In this document: piece by piece, positions 36,063-45,612 of the stretch | Layout: each line of letters begins with the position of its first letter | Position numbering within the stretch: the first letter of the stretch is position 1 | Source of the DNA: Acidobacteria bacterium RIFCSPLOWO2_12_FULL_54_10 | Lineage (GTDB): Bacteria > Acidobacteriota > Terriglobia > 2-12-FULL-54-10 | Assembly: GCA_001767075.1 (NCBI GenBank) | Contig: MEKX01000013.1 | Coordinates: forward strand, 1-61,733 | Length of the DNA: 61,733 nt | Direction: 5' to 3' | Translations under genes and position numbers: made by a program | Notes under the pieces: generated by a model | What the model was told of the DNA's origin: nothing | What the model saw: the letters and a program-made list of their open reading frames with translations, nothing else | Databases searched by the model: none

Positions 36063-37379
36063 ATGCAGGACGCCCCTCTCTCCATTCACGGTTTTCCGCG
36101 CGCCATCGTGCACATTGATGGCGACGCGTTTTTTGCGTCCTGCGAGCAGGCTCGCGACCCGGCGCTGCAAGGCAAGCCGGTCATCACCGGCAAAGAGCGA
36201 GGCATTGTCGCCTCCATGAGTTACGAGGCAAAGCGCAGGGGCGTTACGCGCGCCATGCGCTTGTTTGAAGTCAGGAAAATATGCCCGGATGCCATCCTGC
36301 TGCCTTCGGACTATGAAACCTACTCGCTTCTCTCCAAACGTTTCTTCACCATTGTGCGGCGCTACACCCCGGACGTCGAGGAATACGGTATCGACGAGTG
36401 TTTTGCCGACCTCACCGGGCTGCGGCGCTTGCTGCGGATGTCGTACATTGACATGGCTGAAAAGATCAAGCACGAACTGGACACGGCTCTGGGGTTTACT
36501 TTTTCCGTAGGCCTAGGCCCCAACAAGGTCATCGCCAAGATTGCCTCCAAGTGGAAGAAGCCCTCAGGGCTTACCGCCATCATGGCGCGGGACATCCATC
36601 TTTACCTCAAGGAACTGCCCATCGAAAAGGTGTGGGGCATCGGCCCGCAGACCACCGCCTACCTGCAAAAACAGGGAATACAAACCGCGCTGGACTTTGC
36701 CCACAAGGATGAGGCGTGGGTTCGCCAGCACCTCACCAAACCGCACCTAGAGATTTGGCAGGAACTCAACGGGAATTCGGTATTGCAACTCTCCACGGAA
36801 GAGAAGACCTCCTACGCCTCCATCCAGAAGGTCAAAACCTTTACCCCGCCGTCGGAAGACAAAGAGTTTGTTTTCTCGCAGCTCTCCAAAAATATCGAAA
36901 ACGCTACCATAAAAGCCCGGCGCTACCGCCTTGCGCCCAGTGCATTCGTCGTTTACTTGCGAACGCAGGATTTTCGCTCTGCGGGAATGGAAGTGCGGCT
37001 ATCCCATCGGACATCCATTCCGAATGACCTCATCGCTTCTTCCCGCCCTGCCTTTGACCGTATTTTCCGGCCCGGAACCTTTTACCGGTCTACGGGCGTG
37101 GTGTTGCTCGATTTGGAAAACGACGAAACCCCGCAACTGAATCTTTTCGCTTCACCCTCCAAGATCATCGCCATGCGCGAACTTTACGAAGGAGTGGACG
37201 AGGTGCGCAGGAAATACGGCAAGCACACCCTGTACCTCGGCTCCAGCTTCCTTGCCAATCAGTTCGCGCAGCACTTGGGGGAGCGCGGAGACATCCCAAG
37301 ACGCAAGGAAACGCTTCTCAAGGGGGAAACCGGCAGAAAACGCCTGGGAATTCCCATGTTTTTGGCGGATATCGAATAG
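36063..37379 (+). CDS. Y-family (UmuC/DinB-like) translesion DNA polymerase
   Basis: IVHIDGDAFFASCEQ, SYEAKRRGV and IDECFADLTG catalytic acidic motifs. 438 aa. Confidence 0.9.
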   Translation: MQDAPLSIHGFPRAIVHIDGDAFFASCEQARDPALQGKPVITGKERGIVASMSYEAKRRGVTRAMRLFEVRKICPDAILLPSDYETYSLLSKRFFTIVRRYTPDVEEYGIDECFADLTGLRRLLRMSYIDMAEKIKHELDTALGFTFSVGLGPNKVIAKIASKWKKPSGLTAIMARDIHLYLKELPIEKVWGIGPQTTAYLQKQGIQTALDFAHKDEAWVRQHLTKPHLEIWQELNGNSVLQLSTEEKTSYASIQKVKTFTPPSEDKEFVFSQLSKNIENATIKARRYRLAPSAFVVYLRTQDFRSAGMEVRLSHRTSIPNDLIASSRPAFDRIFRPGTFYRSTGVVLLDLENDETPQLNLFASPSKIIAMRELYEGVDEVRRKYGKHTLYLGSSFLANQFAQHLGERGDIPRRKETLLKGETGRKRLGIPMFLADIE

Positions 37380-37394
37380 AAGCGCGCACTGGCC

Positions 37395-37423
37395 TTGCTG
37401 CAAATTCATTTCTGGGTTATAAT
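37395..37423 (+). promoter_or_regulatory. sigma-70-like promoter upstream of the GvpL/F-like gene
   Basis: TTGCTG (37395-37400), a 17-nt spacer, then TATAAT (37418-37423). Confidence 0.45.
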
Positions 37424-37566
37424 AGAATTTCAAGTTTTCGTAAGCCTTAGAAACAGGAACATTTTCCAACCAACCTCTCCGCATGCATCCGGTTTTACGA
37501 TTCGTCTTTGACCGTGGAACTGCATAACGGACGAAACATCAGGCGATGCCTGAGAAGGATCTTGCC

Positions 37567-38325
37567 ATGCCTGTTTATGCCTATTGCTTGCTCCGAACTC
37601 CCTCCCAGCAAGAATGGCCCGTTCTGCAAGGTATCGGCGGCCATCCGGTTTTCCCATCTCATTGTGGCCGCTATACCATGCTTCTCAGCCACTTGAAGAA
37701 GGATTTCTCTTTTACGCCTCGCTCCATTGTGGAACACGGTCAGATCGTCGCTCACACCTTTGAAACTCACACCGTCCTGCCCATGCGTTTTGGCACTGTG
37801 TTTCCCTCCGAGAAACACGTCGAAAATCTGATCAAAGAAAATCAGCGGGAATTACTGGAAACCTTTAGCCGCTTGCGCGGCAAGGCCGAGATGCGCCTGA
37901 AATTCCAAATCTCGTCAGGCAATGAAGCTAAAGGTCCTGCGAAGAAATCCCCGCAGAAAACGCTTTCACTCAAAAAGGCCTTAACGAGTAGCGCACCCCC
38001 TGCGGTTGATCCTAAAACCCATGCGTTAGCAGAGAAATGTGTCTACTGGCTGAGAGAGGCTTTCCGCCCTTTGCAGGACACATTTTCTTGCCGCAACTTG
38101 CCCGGAGATGACGTCGCTGTTGATTGTGCCCACTTAATCGAGGCCTGCCGCATTGAGGACTATCGAAAGGCCACGTCATCGCTTGCTTCCGCTGAAATGA
38201 GTGATGGTTCCTTGCGATTAAGCGGTCCTTGGCCTCCCTATCATTTCCTTCCCAACTCTATCCGAATGCCAGCTCCTGTCGTACGAGCATCCCGTCCCAA
38301 ATACTTAGCAATCGCAGCTCAGTAG
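37567..38325 (+). CDS. GvpL/GvpF-family protein (gas-vesicle-protein-like), orphan
   Basis: The N-terminal half fits the GvpL/GvpF pattern: VYAYCLL..., ...MLLSHL..., HGQIVAHTFETHTVLPMRFGTVFPSEKHVENLI, and ...GKAEMRLKF. Confidence 0.6.
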   Translation: MPVYAYCLLRTPSQQEWPVLQGIGGHPVFPSHCGRYTMLLSHLKKDFSFTPRSIVEHGQIVAHTFETHTVLPMRFGTVFPSEKHVENLIKENQRELLETFSRLRGKAEMRLKFQISSGNEAKGPAKKSPQKTLSLKKALTSSAPPAVDPKTHALAEKCVYWLREAFRPLQDTFSCRNLPGDDVAVDCAHLIEACRIEDYRKATSSLASAEMSDGSLRLSGPWPPYHFLPNSIRMPAPVVRASRPKYLAIAAQ

Positions 38326-38445
38326 GCAGTTTTTATCTGCCTCGCGCCATACTTCCGCGCGGGCGTGTTGCATTGCGTGCCGGATCATAAAATGTAAACA
38401 GGTTTCTCTTGCCGAATGATTCAGGCTCTGGGCATGTGAGGAGAA

Positions 38446-39150
38446 TTAGCTTGCGAAGATGTCAGGGAATTCGTAAAAACCCTTGCGTCCCTGGATCCAT
38501 TCGGCCGCATACACTGCGCCAGCAGCAAAGCCCTGCCGGCTGCGTGCGGTATGGGTAAAAGTCAAGGTGTCGGCATCGGAGTCAAATCCCACGGTATGAG
38601 TTCCAGGGACTGCTCCGGCTCGATTGCTGGCAGGGACAAACTCTTTGCCACGGTAGGATTTTTCCAATATCTGTTTTAGCTTGATGGCTGTGCCAGAGGG
38701 CGCATCGAGCTTGGCCCGGTGATGGATTTCGTGGATCCACGGATCGTATTCCGAATAGCTGCTGATTTGCGCAGCGGCAGATTCCATAAGCCGGAAAAAC
38801 AAATTCACGCCAATCGAGAAATTGGATCCATAAACGAATCCAACGCCGCGCTCTTCGACAAGTCCGCGAATGCGTCCGAGTTGGCTCATCCAGCCCGTAG
38901 TTCCCACCACCATGTTGATTCCGAGCGCCGTCACCCGGTCGATATTTTTTACAACCGCCTCCGGGGTTGTAAAATCAATCGCAACATTAGCGCCGCGCAA
39001 ATTGTCTTTCGTCAGCAACTGGCCGTTTTCATTGCCCTCAATGTCAATGCGGGAAACAATATTGTGGTCGCGCCCGACGGCTGCCTGTTCGATGAGGCGA
39101 CCCATTTTCCCGTAGCCGATTAATGCAATATTCATAGGCTTTGCGATCAC
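38446..39150 (-). CDS. dapB: 4-hydroxy-tetrahydrodipicolinate reductase (short form; alternative ATG start at 39135)
   Basis: NIALIGYGKMG Rossmann motif, EIHHRAKLDAPSGTA signature, and a GTGA overlap with asd. Confidence 0.85.
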   Translation of the reverse strand: MIAKPMNIALIGYGKMGRLIEQAAVGRDHNIVSRIDIEGNENGQLLTKDNLRGANVAIDFTTPEAVVKNIDRVTALGINMVVGTTGWMSQLGRIRGLVEERGVGFVYGSNFSIGVNLFFRLMESAAAQISSYSEYDPWIHEIHHRAKLDAPSGTAIKLKQILEKSYRGKEFVPASNRAGAVPGTHTVGFDSDADTLTFTHTARSRQGFAAGAVYAAEWIQGRKGFYEFPDIFAS

Positions 39151-40208
39151 TGACGCGCAACGGCTGCAATTGGTTTAACGAGGAGTTCTCCGCTCGCTGA
39201 GATCAGGCGCTCCGCGATCTGCACGGCGTTCAATGCCGCTCCTTTGAGCAACTGGTCCCCGCACACAAACATGGAGATTGAATGCCCGCTCGGATCGCTC
39301 AAGTCCTGGCGAATTCGCCCTGCCAAAATGTCGTCCTGGCCCGAAGCGTCGCGCGGCATTGGGAAATAGTTTTCCTCCACTCGATCCACCAGTTTCACCC
39401 CTGGCGCATTCTGTAGAAGTGAGCGTACTTGCTCCGGCGTGATGGGCCGTTCGCATTCAAACAACAGTGATTCAGCATGGGCACGAAGCACGGGCACGCG
39501 CACGCAGGTAGCCGTGATGCGAATCCGTGAATCACCGTAAATTTTGGCTGTTTCCCGAACCATTTTGATTTCTTCCTCATTGTAGCCGTTTGCAGGGTCG
39601 ATCTTGGAGTTATGGCTGAACAAGTTGAAGGCATAGGGATGCGGCAGCACGGTAGGCTGATAGGCTTCGCCGCGCAAGTAAGCTAGCGTCGATTCTTCCA
39701 ATTCCCGCATCGCTGCAGCTCCCGCTCCAGATGCAGCTTGATAGGTGGAAACAATGAGCCGAGTAATCCGGTTTACCTTATGAATGGGCCACAGCGGCGT
39801 AATGCCGATGATCGTCGAGCAATTGGGATTGGCGATGATTCCATGGTGCTGACCGATGGCCTCCGGGTTGATCTCGGGAACCACCAGCGGCACCTCCGGG
39901 TCCATGCGGAACACCGACGAATTGTCGACCACGATCACGCCGCGCTGCGCTGCCTTGGGTGCAAATTCCTTGGAGATCTTTCCACCCGCGCTGAATAATG
40001 CGATGTCCACACCGTCGAAAGCTTTTTCTGTCAACTCCTGCACGGTCAATAACTGTTCGTGAAACTTCAACTTCTTGCCCACCGACCTGGCCGAAGCCAA
40101 CAGACGCACTTCACTTGTTGGAAAGTTGCGTTTTTCCAGGCACTTCAGCATTTCCACGCCGACTGCGCCTGTCGCCCCAACAACGGCTACCACTGGTTTC
40201 CTGCTCAT
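39147..40208 (-). CDS. asd: aspartate-semialdehyde dehydrogenase
   Basis: VAVVGATGAVG, the active-site NPNCSTI, and SGAG motifs. Confidence 0.95.
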   Translation of the reverse strand: MSRKPVVAVVGATGAVGVEMLKCLEKRNFPTSEVRLLASARSVGKKLKFHEQLLTVQELTEKAFDGVDIALFSAGGKISKEFAPKAAQRGVIVVDNSSVFRMDPEVPLVVPEINPEAIGQHHGIIANPNCSTIIGITPLWPIHKVNRITRLIVSTYQAASGAGAAAMRELEESTLAYLRGEAYQPTVLPHPYAFNLFSHNSKIDPANGYNEEEIKMVRETAKIYGDSRIRITATCVRVPVLRAHAESLLFECERPITPEQVRSLLQNAPGVKLVDRVEENYFPMPRDASGQDDILAGRIRQDLSDPSGHSISMFVCGDQLLKGAALNAVQIAERLISASGELLVKPIAAVARQ

Positions 40209-40351
40209 TGAAACTTAGTACCTCAACATCTATTTCTCTGGGACTCACCCGCGCTGGTCAGCCGGATCAGAAAATGCATAAATCAAGCTGGATTGACTTC
40301 AAAAAGTGGCGAATGTGATCCAAAGCGGCTGCTAGTATAGCTTACTGTATG

Positions 40352-41344
40352 CTATGACCCCTTCAGCCTCTTTACCATATTGACATAAATTTCCACGGCT
40401 TGCATCAGTTCCACCTTGGAGATACGTTCCTCCATTGTATGCGCCACATGGATGGAACCCGGTCCCAAAAGGAACGGCTGGCCCCAGTGGGATAATTCCG
40501 GGATATCGGTTGCGTAGGCAACAACAGACGTCTCCAGGCCCTCCATCGCAGTTAAGTGCACCGGTGGAATTTCCAGCACTTTCTTTACAGTCACTAGGCC
40601 TTTAGTTAGTTCCTGTACTTTATCGAACAACGATCGCCCTGATTCGACCAGTCGATACATCAGTTCCGCGCTTGCAGCGGAAGGAATCACATTGGGCGCA
40701 ATTCCCCCATGAATTAACCCGATATTGCAGGTTGTCTTTCCCAGCAGCGCATCTGTCGGCAAATCCATTGCGCGCAGTCGATTCAATGCTGCCAGAAGCT
40801 TCTCTGTCGCCGATTCCCCCAGCTCAGGATATGCCGAGTGCGCTGCGCGTCCTGTAGCCTCCAACACCACCCTTAGCACTCCTTTGGTTCCTAGTGCCAG
40901 CTTGTTTTCCGTCGGTTCTCCATTGATCAAATACCGCGACCCTCGCGGGTTCCTGTTGGCTGCAAGTGCCCCGGCATTGTTGCGTTCCTCGCCGACCACA
41001 AACAGCAACCCAAAGCCTTCTACGCCTCGCGAGAGTAATTGTTCCGCAGCGCCAATTTGAGCCGCGATGATGCCTTTAGCATCGCAGGCACCGCGGCCAT
41101 AAATAAAATTCTCGTCCTCACTCGACGCGATAAACGGAGGCACAGTATCCATGTGTGTACTGAGAACAACATCAGGCTTCCCCCAGGCAGCAAAAACGTT
41201 CGGACGGTTTGGCTCTGCTTCTTCCGTCTCGACGGCCGCCCCCATCTCAATCAGACAATCGCGCAGGAAGTCCGACACTACTCTCTCGTTGCCGCTAATT
41301 GATTCGATGTCGATTAGTTTTCGAGTTAGCTCAAAGGGATTCAT
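40352..41344 (-). CDS. M20-family metallopeptidase (ArgE/DapE/LysK-like deacylase)
   Basis: HMDTVP, GRGACDAKG, GEE and HSAYP motifs. Lies next to asd/dapB. Confidence 0.8.
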   Translation of the reverse strand: MNPFELTRKLIDIESISGNERVVSDFLRDCLIEMGAAVETEEAEPNRPNVFAAWGKPDVVLSTHMDTVPPFIASSEDENFIYGRGACDAKGIIAAQIGAAEQLLSRGVEGFGLLFVVGEERNNAGALAANRNPRGSRYLINGEPTENKLALGTKGVLRVVLEATGRAAHSAYPELGESATEKLLAALNRLRAMDLPTDALLGKTTCNIGLIHGGIAPNVIPSAASAELMYRLVESGRSLFDKVQELTKGLVTVKKVLEIPPVHLTAMEGLETSVVAYATDIPELSHWGQPFLLGPGSIHVAHTMEERISKVELMQAVEIYVNMVKRLKGS

Positions 41345-41408
41345 TGGAAGTCTATGTGTGCTACAGGAAATATTTATTTCTGGTCCAAGTCAACGATGAA
41401 TTTTCAGG

Positions 41409-41975
41409 TTATGTAAAACTGGCGAATACTTCACCACAACCTTCCGTGCGATTGACCCAGCGGGCCAATACGAACAGTAGATCGGAGAGGCGGTTCAAGT
41501 ATACGATTGTGTGTGGATTAATCTTTTCAGATTCGGAAAGTCGAACCGCCTGGCGCTCGGCACGACGCGCTACCGATCGGGCTACATGCAGCAGGCTGGC
41601 TGTTTCCGAACCGGAAGGAAGAATGAATTCCTGAAGCGGCGGAAGCGCTTCGTTATAGCGATCAATCAAACGCTCCAGCAATTCAACTTCAGTCGCTGTG
41701 GTGCGGCGAATCGCAAATGACGGTTTTTGATCTGAATCGGGGAGAGGAGTGGACAAGTCCGCTCCGAGTAAAAATAAATCGTTTTGAATTTGACGCAGGA
41801 TGTTTTGAACTCCAACATCCAGGATGCGCGACCAAGCCAGTCCCAGAAAAGAATTCAGTTCATCAACGTCCCCATAGGCGCAGACGCGCAATGAAGCTTT
41901 GCTGACGCGCTCACCGCTGGTCAGACCTGTTTCCCCCGCATCGCCGGTCCGTGTATAAACCTTAGTTATCCGCAT
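41409..41975 (-). CDS. ATP:cob(I)alamin adenosyltransferase, PduO type
   Basis: MRITKVYTRTGDAGETGL N-terminus and the four-helix-bundle size of 188 aa. Confidence 0.9.
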   Translation of the reverse strand: MRITKVYTRTGDAGETGLTSGERVSKASLRVCAYGDVDELNSFLGLAWSRILDVGVQNILRQIQNDLFLLGADLSTPLPDSDQKPSFAIRRTTATEVELLERLIDRYNEALPPLQEFILPSGSETASLLHVARSVARRAERQAVRLSESEKINPHTIVYLNRLSDLLFVLARWVNRTEGCGEVFASFT

Positions 41976-42016
41976 CCAAGAACCCTATAGAAAATGCTGC
42001 TGCTTCAGCAATGCTT

Positions 42017-42406
42017 TTAAGATTTCCGGAAGACGGTTGCTTCTTGGTCTTCGCGAATCTCTTCGATCCGGTTATTCTCATCAACAATTGCAACGCGGGC
42101 TTTGTGGCTGCGGGCCTCCTGGTCTGTCATCCAGGCATAGGCAACCACCAACACTTTATCCCCCGGGTGCGCCAGCCGGGCTGCTGCACCGTTGAGACCA
42201 ACCACTCCGCTGCCCCGCTCCCCGGCAATTAAGTAGGTCTCCAAGCGGGCTCCGTTGTTCATGTTCAGCACATGGACTTTTTCATTCACCAGCAGGTCCA
42301 GGCTTTCCATAATCACAGGGTCCAGCGTCAGGCTTCCCACATAGTTCAGGTTGACCTGGGTAACTGTGGCGCCATGAACCTTTGCCCGCATCATTGCTCT
42401 CATCAT
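42017..42406 (-). CDS. panD: aspartate 1-decarboxylase (pyruvoyl-dependent)
   Basis: MMRAMMRAKVHGATVT..NLNYVGSLTLD, with the Gly-Ser self-processing site. Confidence 0.9.
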   Translation of the reverse strand: MMRAMMRAKVHGATVTQVNLNYVGSLTLDPVIMESLDLLVNEKVHVLNMNNGARLETYLIAGERGSGVVGLNGAAARLAHPGDKVLVVAYAWMTDQEARSHKARVAIVDENNRIEEIREDQEATVFRKS

Positions 42407-42412
42407 TTTCCC

Positions 42413-43282
42413 TTATACCTTTTGCCTTTTCTTGGCCAGCCGAACTATGAGGTTATCGATCAATCTGGTCTTTCCTAAACGCACGGCACCGGCCAGCAGA
42501 ACCTCGCCCTCTATTTTCTTGACTTTCCGCAAGGACAGGCTGTCTACTACTTCAGCATAATCCAATTCCACGCCTTTGGCTGCTTTGATTACGTTGTGCA
42601 TTTCCGCTTCGATCCGATCCGGTTTAAGAATTCCGGCAAGAATCAATTGTTCACCGTGATGTAAAGCTTTGTAAAGAACCGTGGCCCGTTCCCGCTGCTG
42701 GGGACTAAGATACTTATTTCTTGAACTGATCGCCAGCCCGTCCTGTTCCCGAATCGTCGGACAGACAACCATCGTTATAGGGAAATTGAGATCCTGTACC
42801 ATGCGAGAAAGGATTACTGCTTGCTGAGCATCTTTCTGGCCAAAAAAAGCGGTGTTGGGTTGCAAGATATTGAATAATTTCGCCACCACCGTTGCTACGC
42901 CTGTAAAATGTCCGGGCCTCGACACACCGCACAGTAATTCGCCCATGCGCCATGGCGAGACGTTGATCTCAGGAGGCTCTGAAATCATCTCGCTGGCACT
43001 GGGAGCAAATATTGCGTCTATGCCTTCTTCTTTGGCTATCTTGCAATCGAGGTTAAAGGAGCGAGGGTAACGATCAAAATCCTCTCCAGGACCGAATTGC
43101 AGGGGATTCACAAAAATCGAAGCCACCACACGGTCGCAACGACGGCGAGCCTCAACAAATAGACTCCTGTGCCCTTCGTGGAGAGCGCCCATGGTGGGGA
43201 CCAACCCCAGTCTGTGCCCGGCAGAACGCGCAGCCTGCACCCACTTCCTCGCAGCAGGAACCGTCCGTAATACAACCATCAC
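42413..43282 (-). CDS. panC: pantoate--beta-alanine ligase
   Basis: VPTMGALHEGH, FVNPLQF and FGQKDAQQ motifs. Confidence 0.95.
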   Translation of the reverse strand: MMVVLRTVPAARKWVQAARSAGHRLGLVPTMGALHEGHRSLFVEARRRCDRVVASIFVNPLQFGPGEDFDRYPRSFNLDCKIAKEEGIDAIFAPSASEMISEPPEINVSPWRMGELLCGVSRPGHFTGVATVVAKLFNILQPNTAFFGQKDAQQAVILSRMVQDLNFPITMVVCPTIREQDGLAISSRNKYLSPQQRERATVLYKALHHGEQLILAGILKPDRIEAEMHNVIKAAKGVELDYAEVVDSLSLRKVKKIEGEVLLAGAVRLGKTRLIDNLIVRLAKKRQKV

Positions 43283-44139
43283 GCCTTCTTGGGGGAAGAG
43301 TAGGATAAAACGGAATCGTCACTGGATGCGGACCGCGAAACTGCGGGGAATTTCCCTTCCCTAACTTCCGATGCGTATTCTTTAACGGCGGCGCGAATTT
43401 CCTGCCCGATCTGGGCGTATTGCTTGACGAAACTGGGCTGCACATTTCCTGTTATGCCGAGCAAATCGTACAGCACCAGAATTTGGCCATCGCAGTGTGG
43501 TCCGGCTCCAATGCCAATCGTAGGTATCGTCAGCTGGGAAGTAATCTCCGCAGCAAGTTCTGCTGGAATGCATTCTAGAACTACAAGAAACGCTCCAGCC
43601 GACTCCAAGGCCATGGCATCGGCAACTATTTTGCGGGCGGAAGCATCATCCCGGCCCTGCATTTTATATCCGCCGAACACGTGAATCGATTGCGGTGTCA
43701 GTCCCAGATGGCCGATCACAGGAATCCCTGCGGTCACCAGCGCTTGCACTTGCGGGCAGATTTCAATCCCGCCTTCCAGCTTCACCGCCATTGCTCCAGC
43801 TTCTTGCATAAGGCGCCCGGCGTTCTTCAAGGCATCAGACGTTCCTGATTGATAGGTCAGAAACGGCATGTCGGCGGCGACAAAAGCTCGCTTGACCCCT
43901 CGCGAAACAGCCCGAGTATGATTGATCATATCTTCGATAGTTACTGGAATTGTTGTTTCATACCCCAGCACAACCATACCCAATGAATCCCCTACCAAAA
44001 TCGCATCTACACCCGATTCATCTACAAGCAAGGCTGTGGGGAAATCGTACGCCGTTACAAAAACAATTTTCTCTTGTGCAGACTTTTTCTTTCTGAAGTC
44101 GGTTGTGGAAATCCGTCGAATCTGGGCTTCGCGCGTCAC
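43279..44139 (-). CDS. panB: 3-methyl-2-oxobutanoate hydroxymethyltransferase
   Basis: VTAYDFPTA, LVGDSLGMV, GHLGLTPQS and KLEGG motifs. GTG start. Confidence 0.95.
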   Translation of the reverse strand: MTREAQIRRISTTDFRKKKSAQEKIVFVTAYDFPTALLVDESGVDAILVGDSLGMVVLGYETTIPVTIEDMINHTRAVSRGVKRAFVAADMPFLTYQSGTSDALKNAGRLMQEAGAMAVKLEGGIEICPQVQALVTAGIPVIGHLGLTPQSIHVFGGYKMQGRDDASARKIVADAMALESAGAFLVVLECIPAELAAEITSQLTIPTIGIGAGPHCDGQILVLYDLLGITGNVQPSFVKQYAQIGQEIRAAVKEYASEVREGKFPAVSRSASSDDSVLSYSSPKKA

Positions 44140-44351
44140 TAGATTATCTCCAATGAGTTCCTTATATTTGTGAGGACGCGGATACTATCCGATATCTGAG
44201 AGAAACTCGCCGCAACCCTCGCCATCTTCAATTATAACAGTGAATTGATTGGCAGCAGGGTGACTTCCCAACATCAACGTATTGCTACGCATGGATGAGT
44301 TAAGCCGCTGCCGACGTATGTGAACGCCGGCAGTGACAAGGAAAAAGTTCC

Positions 44352-45560
44352 CTATCCAGACATCTTAGCGATCAGTTCGAACAGGGGCAGATACATGGAA
44401 ATTACGACTCCGCCGACTGCAACGCCGAGGAACAAAATAATGACGGGCTCCAGCAAAGTGAGCATGTCTTTTACCGCATTGTCCACTTCCTGCTCGTAGA
44501 AGTCTGCGATCTTCTGCAACATCGCATCCATTGCGCCCGTCTGTTCGCCCACCGCGATCATCTGAGTCACCATGTTGGGAAACACATCGGATTCTTTCAA
44601 AGGATCGGCCAGCGTGCGGCCCTCCTCCACTGCTTTCCGGACATTCTGAATCGCACGTTCGACTACAGCATTTCCGCTGGTTCGTGCAGTGATGTCCATG
44701 GATTCCAATAGCGGCACACCGCTGGTGATCAGAGTGCCCAGAGTTCTCGTGAAGCGCGCGACAGCAATCTTCCGCAACAGGGTGCCAAAAATGGGTAATT
44801 TCAACATGATGCTGTCGATTGCATAACGTCCACGCTCAGAGGCGTAAATCGATTTAAACGCGAAGAATCCCGCGATGCCCAGCACGATAAAAACCCACCC
44901 AAAGGTGCCGATGAACGTGCTTAGCCCAATTACGATCCTGGTGGGCGTGGGCAACGTGACATCCATGCTGGCGAACATGTTAGCGAAAATAGGAACTACC
45001 TTCCACAGCAGCAGTCCAATCACAACGCCTGCGATGGATACAACTGCAGTAGGGTAGATCAGCGCGGACTTAACGGCAGCTTTCAACTTGACTGCCTTTT
45101 CCACGTAACCCGCTAGGCGCTGCAAAATGGTATCCAAGATACCGCCAGTTTCTCCAGCCTCGATCATGTTCACGATTAATTGGTCAAAGACCTTGGGGTA
45201 CTCGCGCATGCCATTAGCCAGCGTGGCTCCCCCTTCAACCTTGGCTCTCACACCAGAGAGGACTTTCTGGAACGCGATGTTTTCCTGATTACTGGACAAA
45301 ATCTCCAGACACTGTACGAGAGGCAAACCAGCGTCGATCATGACCGAAAACTGGCGGAAGAAAATAGCCAATTCCTTGGCAGTCACTTTCTGCTGACCTA
45401 GGAAAGGAAGGGCAAATTCCTTGCCTTTCTCCTTGATTTTGACGGGAGTCATTCGCTCGCGGCGCAAAAGAGCGGTGAGCGCGGCTTTATTTTCCGCAAT
45501 CCGCTCGCCGGAAACTTTACCACCTGTTGCCGTGCGGGCGTCAAAGACAAATACAGGCAT
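44352..45560 (-). CDS. pilC: type IV pilus inner-membrane platform protein (GspF/PilC family)
   Basis: Two T2SSF repeats (FFRQFSVMIDAGLPL.. and FTRTLGTLITSGVPLL) and 3 TM regions. Confidence 0.9.
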   Translation of the reverse strand: MPVFVFDARTATGGKVSGERIAENKAALTALLRRERMTPVKIKEKGKEFALPFLGQQKVTAKELAIFFRQFSVMIDAGLPLVQCLEILSSNQENIAFQKVLSGVRAKVEGGATLANGMREYPKVFDQLIVNMIEAGETGGILDTILQRLAGYVEKAVKLKAAVKSALIYPTAVVSIAGVVIGLLLWKVVPIFANMFASMDVTLPTPTRIVIGLSTFIGTFGWVFIVLGIAGFFAFKSIYASERGRYAIDSIMLKLPIFGTLLRKIAVARFTRTLGTLITSGVPLLESMDITARTSGNAVVERAIQNVRKAVEEGRTLADPLKESDVFPNMVTQMIAVGEQTGAMDAMLQKIADFYEQEVDNAVKDMLTLLEPVIILFLGVAVGGVVISMYLPLFELIAKMSG

Positions 45561-45612
45561 TTTATTACCTCCTTAGCTCTACCATTACAAGCAGTCTACG
45601 GGTGCTCAAGCT

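Noticed and set aside
44140-44351. A mini-ORF (MARVAASFSQISDSIRVLTNIRNSLEII) and a CTGCCG/CGGCAG hairpin upstream of panB, considered as another leader or attenuator.
   Set aside because: There is no enrichment for a relevant amino acid, no T-tract after the hairpin and no alternative pairing. It is most likely fortuitous.
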